Below are positions 30,982-40,685 of a stretch of DNA of 64,000 nucleotides, piece by piece. The stretch's first letter is position 1, and every line of letters starts with the position of its first letter. Source of the DNA: an uncultured cyanobacterium (GTDB taxonomy: Bacteria; Cyanobacteriota; Cyanobacteriia; Cyanobacteriales; Nostocaceae); the NCBI GenBank assembly GCA_963740315.1, contig CAVUDP010000002.1, forward strand, positions 1,536,001 to 1,600,000, read 5' to 3'. Below the pieces are notes generated by a model. It saw only the letters and a program-made list of their open reading frames with translations. It ran no database searches and was not told where the DNA came from. Made by a program: the position numbers and the translations under genes.

Positions 30982-33282
30982 TTACTGCTCTTTCATTACC
31001 TGTGCAGTTTTATTTCTATCTAACTTAAAAACTAATACTCCTAAAGGTGGTAGACATAAATCCAAAGAGTATTCTTGATTGTGCATTGACCAATTATCCG
31101 TCCACTTACCGCCTAAATTCCCCATGTTGCTACCGCCGTATTCTCGCGCATCGCTGTTGAATAATTCGGTGTAAAATCCAGGTTCCGGTACGCCGATACG
31201 GTAGTGAGAATGGGGTTGTGGGGTGAAATTACAAATGGCAACGACAAAATCTTCTGAATCTTTATCGCGACGGATAAATGAAACTACGCTGTGACGATTA
31301 TCGCTACAGTCAATCCACTCGAACCCAGGTTCTTCAAAGTCTTGAGTATATAGACAGGGTTCGCTACGGTAAAGCTGATTCAAATTTCGGAAAAATGTCT
31401 TTAACTGTTGATGTGGCTCAAACTGCATCAAGTCCCATCGTAAATCTGCCCAATCATTCCATTCAGTCCACTGCCCAAATTCCATGCTCATAAACATGGT
31501 TTTCTTACCAGGATGAGTAAACATAAAGGCAAACAAACAGCGCACGTTGGCTAGCTTTTGCCATGTATCTCCGGGCATTTTACCGATGATATTACTCTTG
31601 CCATGCACTACTTCGTCATGGGAGAGCGCCAACATGAAGTTTTCGCTGTGGTGATACCACATACTAAAGGTAAGATTATTTTGGTGGAACTTACGGAACC
31701 AAGGGTCCATGCTGAAATAATCCAACATATCATGCATCCAACCCATGTTCCACTTCAAGTTAAAGCCCAATCCGCCGGTGTATGTGGGCCAAGATACCAT
31801 AGGCCAAGACGTAGATTCTTCGGCAATGGAAAGGGTACCAGGGAAATAGCTGAAGATCAGGTGATTTACACTGCGGATAAATTCTACGGCTTCTAAGTTT
31901 TCTCTACCGCCATATTGGTTTGTAACCCATTCACCGGGATCGCGTAAGTAATCGAGGTAAAGCATGGAAGCCACTGCATCTACGCGAATGCCATCGATAT
32001 GGTATTTATCAAACCAAAATAAAGCATTCGATGTGAGGAAATTCCGTACTTCATGACGCGCATAGTTAAATACCAGAGTTCCCCATTCTTTATGTTCGCC
32101 TTTGCGGGGATCTGAATGTTCGTAAAGATGAGTACCGTCAAAGAAAGCTAAACCGTGACCGTCTTTCGGGAAGTGACCGGGAACCCAATCTACAAGTATG
32201 CCAATGTCGTTTTTATGACACTCATCCACAAAGTACATAAAGTCTTCAGGACTACCAAAACGGGAGGTAGGAGCGTAATAACCAGTTACCTGATATCCCC
32301 AAGAACCATCAAAAGGGTGTTCGGCGATCGGCAGGATTTCAATATGGGTGTATCCCAATTCTTTGACGTAGGGAATCAATTTTTCTGCTAATTCCCGATA
32401 AGTCAAAAAGCGTGAGCCACCTTTAAGATCCGAAACCGGCACCACAGGCTCGGATTTACCATCTGGTAATTTATGCGGTTCGTCAATCCCAGCGTGCAGC
32501 CAAGAACCCAGATGTACTTCATAAACCGAAATAGGCGTACTCAGTTGATCGGTATGACGGCGTTTTTCCAACCACTCGCTGTCGTTCCATTCATAAGTAT
32601 CTAAGTCAGTCACAATAGACGCAGTTTTGGGACGCACCTCTTGAGCAAAACCGTAAGGATCGGATTTTTCGTAAATATGTCCGGCAGGGTTTTTGATTTC
32701 GTATTTGTAGTGTTCTCCTACTTTCAATTCGGGAATAAATAATTCCCAAACTCCAACATCGGAACTTTTACGCATTTGATGCTTACGTCCATCCCAACTG
32801 TTGAAATCTCCCAATACCGAGACATTGCGTGCATTTGGTGCCCAAACAGCAAAGTAAACACCTTTAACACCTTTAACTTCAGCCAGATGCGCTCCTAATT
32901 TCTCGTAAATTCGGTGATGATTTCCCTCATTAAACAGGTGCAAATCAAAATCAGTTAGCTTAGGAGAACGGAAAGCATAAGCGTCATAAAATACCCGTTC
33001 TTGGTCTTCTTCTTTAACTTTTAGCTGGTAGTTAGCTAATTCTTCAGTATCTATAATACATTCAAAAAAGTGGGGGTCATGTACGCTGTGCATTTCTTGT
33101 TCCTTCCGTTCCTCCGGAAGAACCACCCACGCAGCACTAGCATTGGGAAGATAAGCTCGCACAACCCAGACGTGTTTACCATCCTTTTCTATTTGATGTG
33201 AACCAAGTATTTCAAAAGGGTCTTGATGTTGGTTCCGAATGATGCTGTTAACCTGTTCTGGGGCAATAGTGGTCATAGACAT
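30982..33282 (-). CDS. glgB: 1,4-alpha-glucan branching enzyme
   Basis: FAVWAPNA, YEVHLGSW, HPFDGSWGYQ, DGIRVDAVASM, IAEEST, LSHDEVVHGK. Confidence 0.98.
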   Translation of the reverse strand: MSMTTIAPEQVNSIIRNQHQDPFEILGSHQIEKDGKHVWVVRAYLPNASAAWVVLPEERKEQEMHSVHDPHFFECIIDTEELANYQLKVKEEDQERVFYDAYAFRSPKLTDFDLHLFNEGNHHRIYEKLGAHLAEVKGVKGVYFAVWAPNARNVSVLGDFNSWDGRKHQMRKSSDVGVWELFIPELKVGEHYKYEIKNPAGHIYEKSDPYGFAQEVRPKTASIVTDLDTYEWNDSEWLEKRRHTDQLSTPISVYEVHLGSWLHAGIDEPHKLPDGKSEPVVPVSDLKGGSRFLTYRELAEKLIPYVKELGYTHIEILPIAEHPFDGSWGYQVTGYYAPTSRFGSPEDFMYFVDECHKNDIGILVDWVPGHFPKDGHGLAFFDGTHLYEHSDPRKGEHKEWGTLVFNYARHEVRNFLTSNALFWFDKYHIDGIRVDAVASMLYLDYLRDPGEWVTNQYGGRENLEAVEFIRSVNHLIFSYFPGTLSIAEESTSWPMVSWPTYTGGLGFNLKWNMGWMHDMLDYFSMDPWFRKFHQNNLTFSMWYHHSENFMLALSHDEVVHGKSNIIGKMPGDTWQKLANVRCLFAFMFTHPGKKTMFMSMEFGQWTEWNDWADLRWDLMQFEPHQQLKTFFRNLNQLYRSEPCLYTQDFEEPGFEWIDCSDNRHSVVSFIRRDKDSEDFVVAICNFTPQPHSHYRIGVPEPGFYTELFNSDAREYGGSNMGNLGGKWTDNWSMHNQEYSLDLCLPPLGVLVFKLDRNKTAQVMKEQ

Positions 33283-33488
33283 GGAGCTAATTACGTTAAA
33301 TTTTATGGATAAGTGAATCTACTTTTTGAATATCTATATATATTCTTTACATTTATTTGCAATTTTTGTCCGCTTCTTTAGAAAGAAACATGGGGGGATT
33401 GGGAAAAACACCGGAGTTATAAGTTAAGAGTTAGGAATTTGATTTACCTTTGACATGCAGACCTTTGCCCCATGCCCCATGCCCAATC

Positions 33489-33812
33489 TCAAAAATCCAC
33501 AAAGGGAAAAAGCGTTTTTAGTATCTTGCGTAAACGTAGCAGAAACACTGTTTCCCGGACATTGGGACTAAGTTTGGGTGGGTAGGGGCGTGTTTTTAAT
33601 TGGGCTTGCAGTTGAGCGTACTCCGAGGGGCTTAGAGGTTTACCGTCAATTGGCGATCGCGCTTTTACGATAATTTCTGTTCGCAATATTTCTTCTGCAA
33701 TATCTGCTTGTGGAGATAATGCGATCGCAAATTTTTTATGATATGAACTTAAAAGTATACAAATACTAAATACCGCAGTTAAAAATATCAAAAAAAACTG
33801 CTTTTTTGCCAT
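33489..33812 (-). CDS. Conserved cyanobacterial hypothetical protein
   Basis: Signal-like N-terminus; EEILRTEII..ARSPIDGKPLS..EYA.L motif. Confidence 0.75.
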   Translation of the reverse strand: MAKKQFFLIFLTAVFSICILLSSYHKKFAIALSPQADIAEEILRTEIIVKARSPIDGKPLSPSEYAQLQAQLKTRPYPPKLSPNVRETVFLLRLRKILKTLFPFVDF

Positions 33813-34203
33813 TTATTCCCCTCATTTTGGAATTTTTTTAAGTATGTATCTAGTTCAAATATACTGTAAATCGAATTTTTAACTTTTAATTTTGATTAAA
33901 TGATTTCATAGTAAGGCTTTTAATCTCAAAGCATTATAAACCTCATCTGTTATTTTTTTTGCTCGTGCGATCGAAATCACAAACATAAAAAACCTGGCAA
34001 TGTCGATAATTGTTACCAGGTCTATTTATTTGACCTAAGCTATATAGGGAAATCTAAAAAAAAAATTAACCCTAAAGTACGTGACTTTACTATCAAATTG
34101 TCATGCGGCAATAGTTAATTCTCTAATCTTGCATGAAGTACCGAAAAAATGAGGAGCGACCTCTCAAAAAAATAGCGAAAGTAGTTTAAATACTAACTAT
34201 CAA

Positions 34204-34362
34204 CTATGGAGCAGTGGTTGGACTGGGGGTAGCATCAGGTACTACTGGAGCAGCTGGATCGACAACAGCATCAGGGGTTGCTGGGTCTTCTGCACTGTCG
34301 CAGGCTCCAAGGGCTGTAGCTAACCCTAATAATAAAGCAAAACCAAAGATTTTTATTTTCAT
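34204..34362 (-). CDS. Small lipoprotein, 52 aa (not in the ORF track)
   Basis: MKIKIFGFALLLGLATALGACDSAEDPATPDAVVDPAAPVVPDATPSPTTAP*; lipobox LGAC; GAGAGGAG RBS. Confidence 0.85.
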   Translation of the reverse strand: MKIKIFGFALLLGLATALGACDSAEDPATPDAVVDPAAPVVPDATPSPTTAP

Positions 34363-34852
34363 AACTCCTCTTTCACCAATTAAGTCTAGAACTGTTTTAG
34401 CCTGTTGAATACGATACCTTATTTGCCGATCTTTTTAAATATTGTAGTTTTAATTAGCTTTTATAGACAAAACCATTCTTTTTTATACTGATTTACTCTA
34501 AGTAAGCTGTTTCTATAGTTAACACCAAGGAGCCAATATTTGTAAATTGATTACTTTTAAATTGCTTTAGTCCTGTTTGGTTACAAAAAAAGTTATCATA
34601 CCATAAATTACGATGTTGCGAAAGCCAAACGCCTATGAATAATATATATTCTCATACTTGAGATGCTATGACGGAGTGAACTAATTATGAAATTATGGCA
34701 AGCAAGAAAATTTAAACGAACCTTAGCTATTTTTACAAATAATTAAAAAGGGGGTGTAAAATGTTAGGCTCGTTTACTGTAAAAAAAAACACAGTGTGTT
34801 CTACGAAGATTCAATCTTTATCTAAAGTACAGTATTTCTAATGTGAAAATTT

Positions 34853-35488
34853 ATGGCTGCTATTCGTAAATCAAGTTTAAGAGGCAAAAAACGCTGGTTG
34901 GGGCGAGATGCAAAGCGCCAAGATAATTTTAAGGGTTCCAGCGTAAAGGAGCATACAAGCCTTCCACCTTTAACAAAATCCACACCAGGATTTTTAAGTA
35001 GACAAAGGCGTTTGAATCAATATCCAAATCCAAATAATTCACCCGCTCCTCAAGTCAACCCTCAACGTATAAATAACAAAAATCGCACAAGTCGAAATCA
35101 GACAGCGATACCTGTAATGCCAGATGGTAGTAAAGTACCAATGTGGTTAATGCGTTGGAATTCTCTTCACCGTCATACCTCGGTTGCAACTTTTGTATTA
35201 GTAAGTGCAACGTTAGTAGTTTATGGTTTGACGGTATATTCTCAGCATCTTTGGAGTAGTTCGTATAAAAAGTTGCAAGATTTACAACGAGATGAACGCC
35301 AGTTAACAAAGCATGATGAGACGCTGAAAAATCAAATGGCACAAGAAGCCGAAAAACCCCATTCTGGATTAATATCGCCAACTCCAGCAAACACTATTTT
35401 CTTAGAAGAAACTACACCATCAAGTTCCCAACGGGTTGATAAAAAGTTTTCCGAAGAGCCACAACCAACAAACGTAATGGGATATTAA
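34853..35488 (+). CDS. Hypothetical bitopic membrane protein, FtsL-like
   Basis: One TM helix followed by a coiled coil (KKLQDLQRDERQL..LKNQM); directly upstream of ftsI. Confidence 0.7.
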   Translation: MAAIRKSSLRGKKRWLGRDAKRQDNFKGSSVKEHTSLPPLTKSTPGFLSRQRRLNQYPNPNNSPAPQVNPQRINNKNRTSRNQTAIPVMPDGSKVPMWLMRWNSLHRHTSVATFVLVSATLVVYGLTVYSQHLWSSSYKKLQDLQRDERQLTKHDETLKNQMAQEAEKPHSGLISPTPANTIFLEETTPSSSQRVDKKFSEEPQPTNVMGY

Positions 35489-35758
35489 TGGAATATTACT
35501 CCCAACAGGCTTTATGATTACCCAATTGAATGAGGGGGGAGAGGGGGAGAGAGGGAGAAATTTTATAGGTAATCTTGTTGAGGGAGATAGGAGTAATAGC
35601 AATTTTTAGTTAGTATTTATTCCCGGTTTGCAATTCAAATACATTTCTCAATCTTGGGTGTTAAAATCCCGTATTTTGAAGCTTTTTAATTAAGGTTGCA
35701 AATTGCCTTCTTAGTGTTAGCGCAAGTTTTCCGTAAAACTTTATTTATGAGCAGGTTT

Positions 35759-37588
35759 ATGCAAAAGTTTCCAGGTAAAACCAGTAGAATTCCCAAAAAA
35801 GAGTATACGCAGTCGCGTTTGAATCGCAGTATTTCAAAGGATAAAAATCAGAAGCAATTTCCAGTAAAATTTTCGCAGGTTTCGCCTAACCCAAAAACCC
35901 GATTGTTTATGGTTTGGGGAGTTTTAATGGCTGCTTGCTTGGGTTTGGGAATAAACTTATACCGCTTACAAATTGTTGATGGAGCCAAACTCACTAAAAA
36001 GGCGCGAAGTCAGCAGATGTTTAGTATGCGTCCTTTTATTCCTCGTCGTCAAATAGTAGACCGTGACAAAAGGGTTTTAGCGATCGACCTTCCGGTTTAT
36101 ACTTTGTACGTGCATCCCAAAATGTTTGACAAAGATAAATCTTCGTCTCAGATTGCACGCAAGCTTGCAACTATTTTGGATCGAGATGCACAGGAATTAG
36201 AAGAAAAATTTAATAAACAAAAAAGCGGTATATTTATTTCTGACAAATTAGCAGAAGAAGTTGCCGATCAAATTAGTGCATTGAAACTTAATGGTATAGA
36301 TTTAAGGAAAAAATATTCCCGATACTACCCTTATCAAGATTTAGTCGCTGATGTAGTTGGTTATGTAAATTTAGATCGTCGTGGTAAAGCAGGAATAGAA
36401 TATTCTCAAGAGAAACTCTTAGAACGTTCCATGAAAACGGTGCGTTTATCAAAAGCGGGGAATGGTGCATTAATGCCCGATCGTACACCCGATGGATTTC
36501 TTAATTTTGACAAATTGCAAATGCAGTTAACTGTTGATAGTCGTTTGCAACGCGCCTCAAGATTAGCACTTCAAAAACAAATAAAGAAATACAAAGCCAA
36601 GCGCGGGGCAGTAATTGTCATGGATGCATGGGATGGTTCGATCCTAGCCTTGGCTTGTCTGCCTACTTATAACCCCAATCAAAAATTTACTAAAGACGAT
36701 ATTTCTCTATTTAGAAATTGGGCTGTAGCAGATTTATACGAACCCGGTTCTACTTTCAAACCTTTAAATGTGGCGATCGCGCTAGAAACTGGCAGCATTC
36801 AACCGACTGACGTATTTAATGATACGGGTTTAATTAAAGTAGCAGACCGTGAAATTAGAAACGCAGAGAAAAATGCCAATGGAAGAATCAGTGTTACTAA
36901 AATTTTGCAAACTTCCAGCAACATTGGTATGGTCAAAATCATGCAGCGATTGCAGCCAAGTATTTACTACGGTTGGTTGGAAAGATTGGGATTGAGACAA
37001 AAATCCGATACAGATTTGCCATTTGAAACCAGCAGTCGTCTCAAACCCCAGGAAGAATTTACTAATTCGCCGATTGAACCAGCAGCGGCTTCCTTCGGTC
37101 AAGGTTTTTCGCTAACGGCATTACAATTAGTCCAAATGCATGGAGCATTAGCTAACGGTGGTAGATTAGTCACGCCCCATGTGGTAAAGGGATTGATAGA
37201 CGATAAACAACAAATGCATAAAGAAAAGGATTTACCTCCACAGCGCCAAATTTTCTCCCCTCAAACAACTCAAACAGTATTGCAAATGATGGAAAGTGTG
37301 GTTAACAAAGGTTCGGGTAAAGCCGCGAGAATTCCTGGATATCGCATTGCAGGTAAAACTGGTACGGCTGAAAAAGCTGGTGCTAGTGGAGGCTATATTA
37401 AGGGTTCAACAATTACCAGCTTTGTGAGTATTTTGCCAGTAGAATCACCCCGTTATGTAGTTTTGACGTTAGTAGACGAACCGCAAGGAGACGACACATA
37501 CGGTAGTACTGTTGCCGCACCGATCGCAAAAGATGTAATGGAAGCGTTGATTAGTATTGAAAAAATTCCACCTTCAACTTCTCGGTGA
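35759..37588 (+). CDS. ftsI: Class B penicillin-binding protein (FtsI/PBP3-type)
   Basis: R..IVDR, RYYP, G.AGIE, YEPGSTFK (SxxK), SSN (SxN), GKTGTA. Start uncertain (35747 or 35759). Confidence 0.88.
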   Translation: MQKFPGKTSRIPKKEYTQSRLNRSISKDKNQKQFPVKFSQVSPNPKTRLFMVWGVLMAACLGLGINLYRLQIVDGAKLTKKARSQQMFSMRPFIPRRQIVDRDKRVLAIDLPVYTLYVHPKMFDKDKSSSQIARKLATILDRDAQELEEKFNKQKSGIFISDKLAEEVADQISALKLNGIDLRKKYSRYYPYQDLVADVVGYVNLDRRGKAGIEYSQEKLLERSMKTVRLSKAGNGALMPDRTPDGFLNFDKLQMQLTVDSRLQRASRLALQKQIKKYKAKRGAVIVMDAWDGSILALACLPTYNPNQKFTKDDISLFRNWAVADLYEPGSTFKPLNVAIALETGSIQPTDVFNDTGLIKVADREIRNAEKNANGRISVTKILQTSSNIGMVKIMQRLQPSIYYGWLERLGLRQKSDTDLPFETSSRLKPQEEFTNSPIEPAAASFGQGFSLTALQLVQMHGALANGGRLVTPHVVKGLIDDKQQMHKEKDLPPQRQIFSPQTTQTVLQMMESVVNKGSGKAARIPGYRIAGKTGTAEKAGASGGYIKGSTITSFVSILPVESPRYVVLTLVDEPQGDDTYGSTVAAPIAKDVMEALISIEKIPPSTSR

Positions 37589-37590
37589 TT

Positions 37591-37928
37591 TTAATTCCCG
37601 CTAATTTCCACTAACATTTCACCCGATCGTAAAAGTTCTAATGCTTCAAGAAAAGTTGTATCTAAAATTTCTCGTAGTCGAGCATTTGAAGTATTACCGC
37701 AAGTCAACCAGATGATTTGCGGTGGTGAACCAAAACGATTAACTAATTCAACAAAATCACTATCCTTGGTTATCAAAATAACTTCTTGAACCTTCGCGGC
37801 TTCAAAAATCTCGGTGTCCTCTGCATCTCTTAAACCCACATCACGTAACGAAGCGGCTGTTATTCCAAAAGTAGTAGTAATCCAAGCAGCAATACCACTT
37901 GTAGTTGCGCGTCTACCCAAATCGTCAT
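37591..37928 (-). pseudogene. DUF5615 (PIN-like) toxin with a 1-nt deletion near codon 10
   Basis: ATG at 37928 (ATGA overlap with the antitoxin stop) gives MTIWVDAQL; the body (GIAAWI..D.EIF..LITKDSDF..GNTSN) is in another frame; the span is 338 nt. Confidence 0.82.
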
Positions 37929-38149
37929 GCTATTAATACTGGATGATTGAGTTTGCGTGATGCGTATAAAAGTGCTGCTTTGAGGTCTTCTGACTCTAAA
38001 TCCGGCATTTCTTCTAAAATATCGCTAGCATCTAATCCAGCTGCAAATAAATCTAAAACATCTGATACTCTAATTCTCATACCTCGAATGCAAGGACGAC
38101 CTCCACATTGTTTGGGATTGATAGTGATTCTTTTAAGTAAATCTGACAT
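37925..38149 (-). CDS. DUF433 antitoxin
   Basis: RITINP..CGGRPCIRGMRIRV..L.EDLKAALLYA. Confidence 0.93.
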   Translation of the reverse strand: MSDLLKRITINPKQCGGRPCIRGMRIRVSDVLDLFAAGLDASDILEEMPDLESEDLKAALLYASRKLNHPVLIA

Positions 38150-38261
38150 CTGATATAGCCCCGCAATTATCTTTTTCTAGTATGATAATGGTTCTCTAGA
38201 TTAGAAAGCTCTTTTACATCTTTGATTTTTTTATGCCAATTATTTTTTTAAATTCAAACTA

Positions 38262-38819
38262 TTAATTTACACTCGGTTTCGACCAAACATTCTTGTTGAA
38301 TTGTTTGTCTAAAGGAGTTTTGGCAATATGATTGGTGTAATTGTGCATTACTTTAATTGCGATGCCCAAAATTACTTCTAATACTTGCTGTTTGTTATAT
38401 CCAGCAGCCATAAATGTTTCAATTTCATTATCTTCAACCCAGCCACGAGCTTGTACCATTTTCTGCGTAAAGTGACGTAGCGCTTGTAATTTTTCGTCTG
38501 ACATTGGCGTTCCATCTCTGAGCGCTTCGATATTCTCTGGAGACATTCCAATCATTTTGGCTAATCCCGAATGGGCTGCCATGCAGTAATTACACGAGTT
38601 TTCATAATTTGCGGTTAAATAAATAACCTGCTGTTCCACAGGAGTAAAACTTGTTGTTTCAAACAAATCCCACAACGTCATCGAACCTTTTAACAATGCT
38701 GGAGCTTCGGCGAAAATGCCTTCTAAATTAGGGATAAACCCAAAAGTTTCTTCAGCGTGAGCTAACGCTTCTTTAGAATCATTTGGTGCTGTTTCTAATG
38801 TATGAATTGTAAATTCCAT
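38262..38819 (-). CDS. Carboxymuconolactone decarboxylase / AhpD-family protein
   Basis: FGFIPNL, NSCNYCMAAH (CxxC..H), NYTNH. Confidence 0.9.
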   Translation of the reverse strand: MEFTIHTLETAPNDSKEALAHAEETFGFIPNLEGIFAEAPALLKGSMTLWDLFETTSFTPVEQQVIYLTANYENSCNYCMAAHSGLAKMIGMSPENIEALRDGTPMSDEKLQALRHFTQKMVQARGWVEDNEIETFMAAGYNKQQVLEVILGIAIKVMHNYTNHIAKTPLDKQFNKNVWSKPSVN

Positions 38820-38844
38820 TGCTAAAATCTCCTTTGCGATCGTT

Positions 38845-38906
38845 TGGTAGACAAGATTGTCTACCAGTTTTGATGCTAGTATATCCCTATGGAGACAACT
38901 TTGTCT
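38845..38906. promoter_or_regulatory. Two TetR operators: TGGTAGACAA-GA-TTGTCTACCA and AGACAA-CT-TTGTCT
   Basis: Perfect 10-2-10 palindrome at 38845-38866 and a second core at 38893-38906, in the divergent intergenic region. Confidence 0.8.
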
Positions 38907-38919
38907 ACTTAATGTTGGA

Positions 38920-39489
38920 ATGAATTCAAATACTAATCCTCGCCAAAAAATTTTAGAAACTGCCTCTGAACTCTTTTATCAAAAGGGTATTCAAAACGTA
39001 GGTATTAACGAAATTATTGCTACTAGTGGCGTAGCTAAAAAGACTCTGTATCGGTATTTTGTATCTAAAGAAAAACTGATTGAAGAAGTAATGAAACATC
39101 GAGCCACAGAATGGTTGCGATGGTTTGAAGTTGCGGTAAGAGATAGCGGAAATACACCGAAAGAAAGATTACTAGCAACCTTTGATGTGATGCGGGATTG
39201 GTATGCTAGTCCTAATTTTCGGGGTTGTCCTTTTATTAATGCCGTATTAGAAATAGCTGATGCTTCTCATCCGGCTCATAGCGTTTCGGTAGGAGTTAGA
39301 GAGTCAATTCGTCTTCACGTTAAGCAACTAGCCGAGCAAGCAGGAGTCAAGGATTCAGAATCATTTTCCCAACAATATTTACTGTTGATTGGAGGGGCTA
39401 GCTTGATGGCTACGATTGAAGGAGTTCCTGGAGGTGCGAATCATGCTCAGAAGGTTTTATCTACTTTAATTGATAGTTCTGTAGGATAA
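38920..39489 (+). CDS. TetR-family regulator
   Basis: RQKILETASELFYQKG, GVAKKTLYRYF.SK, FRGCPFIN. Start moved to the ATG at 38920, downstream of the operators. Confidence 0.92.
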   Translation: MNSNTNPRQKILETASELFYQKGIQNVGINEIIATSGVAKKTLYRYFVSKEKLIEEVMKHRATEWLRWFEVAVRDSGNTPKERLLATFDVMRDWYASPNFRGCPFINAVLEIADASHPAHSVSVGVRESIRLHVKQLAEQAGVKDSESFSQQYLLLIGGASLMATIEGVPGGANHAQKVLSTLIDSSVG

Positions 39490-39620
39490 TTTGGGTTAGT
39501 TGTATTTCTCCTACTGGTTTTACGAACAAACCTGCATTTTGCAATTTATTTACAGCATCAACTTCAGACATACTGATATACCCTACTCCCTACTCCCTAC
39601 TTCCTACTCCCCATCCTCCT

Positions 39621-40430
39621 TTACTTATCTCCTTGATGAATCGATTCCCAAATTTTCGTCACTGCTTTTTTAGTAAAAACAGAAAACTCCTTTTCCATCA
39701 TCCATTTGTAATAATTCGGTTCTTTCTTGAATGATTCAGCTACAGGTTTACCTTTATATTTACCAAAATTAAAGATTACTTCGTTGTGTTCGTCGTAAAT
39801 AACTCGTTTTGTGGGGTCAAGAAAATCAAAGGGAATGAATTCTTGTAATTCATCCAGATTATTTTTTACGGGATAAGATATATTGCCATCTTTGTCCTCA
39901 TATTCCTCATTCTCGTAGCGTTCTAATTGCGCTTTAAAAACTTCGTATGTAGCGCGAATATCGTTTTCTGCATCGTGAGCGCCGACCAATTTTTCCCCGC
40001 AATAATATCTATAAGCTGCTTTCAAACTACGAGGTTCCATTTTATGAAAAATGGTTTGTACGTCGATGATTTTTCTTCCTTCAAGTTTGAAATCGATATC
40101 AACACGTGAGAATTCTGCTATCAATACAGGAATATCAAATCGATTCGAGTTATATCCTGCCAAGTCGCTATCATTAATGTAATTTACTAAACTATCGGCT
40201 ATGTCTTTGAAAGTCGGATTATTTTTTACGTGTTCGTCGTAGATACCGTGTATTTCCGAAGTGACAGCGGGAATCGGAATAGTAGGATTAATCATCCATG
40301 TTTTCATTTCTTCCTTACCGTCAGGAAATACTTTTAATACGGCAATTTGTATTATTCTATCTTTGACAATATCTATTCCTGTTGTTTCTAAATCAATAAA
40401 TGCAATGGGACGTACTAAATTTAACTTCAT
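39621..40430 (-). CDS. DEDDh 3'-5' exonuclease (DnaQ-like)
   Basis: IDLETTG, GYNSNRFD, AHDAEND, C-terminal FNFGKYKG..W. Confidence 0.92.
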   Translation of the reverse strand: MKLNLVRPIAFIDLETTGIDIVKDRIIQIAVLKVFPDGKEEMKTWMINPTIPIPAVTSEIHGIYDEHVKNNPTFKDIADSLVNYINDSDLAGYNSNRFDIPVLIAEFSRVDIDFKLEGRKIIDVQTIFHKMEPRSLKAAYRYYCGEKLVGAHDAENDIRATYEVFKAQLERYENEEYEDKDGNISYPVKNNLDELQEFIPFDFLDPTKRVIYDEHNEVIFNFGKYKGKPVAESFKKEPNYYKWMMEKEFSVFTKKAVTKIWESIHQGDK

Positions 40431-40525
40431 AGGAGATTCCTGTAACAATTACAAATAAATAAATATAGTTGTATAAATATTTAACAGATTTATTGTAAAA
40501 ACATTGTATTCTAAAACAATAATTA

Positions 40526-40581
40526 AGGGAGTAGGGAGTAGGGAGTAGGGAGTAGGGAGTAGGGAGTAGGGAGTAGGGAGT
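40526..40581. repeat. (AGGGAGT)8 heptamer tandem repeat
   Basis: Eight perfect copies. Confidence 0.95.
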
Positions 40582-40685
40582 AAGGAGCTATAACAAGATA
40601 ATAAAAATAGACCAAATTAACTATTTGGTCGCTAATTAATTGAATTATTAGTACTGATATACCGATCGCCCTTACAGATTATAAT

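Noticed and set aside
33346..33363. HLR1/RpaB-like direct repeat TTTACATT-TA-TTTGCAAT upstream of glgB
   Set aside because: A single imperfect match in AT-rich DNA that cannot be distinguished from chance.
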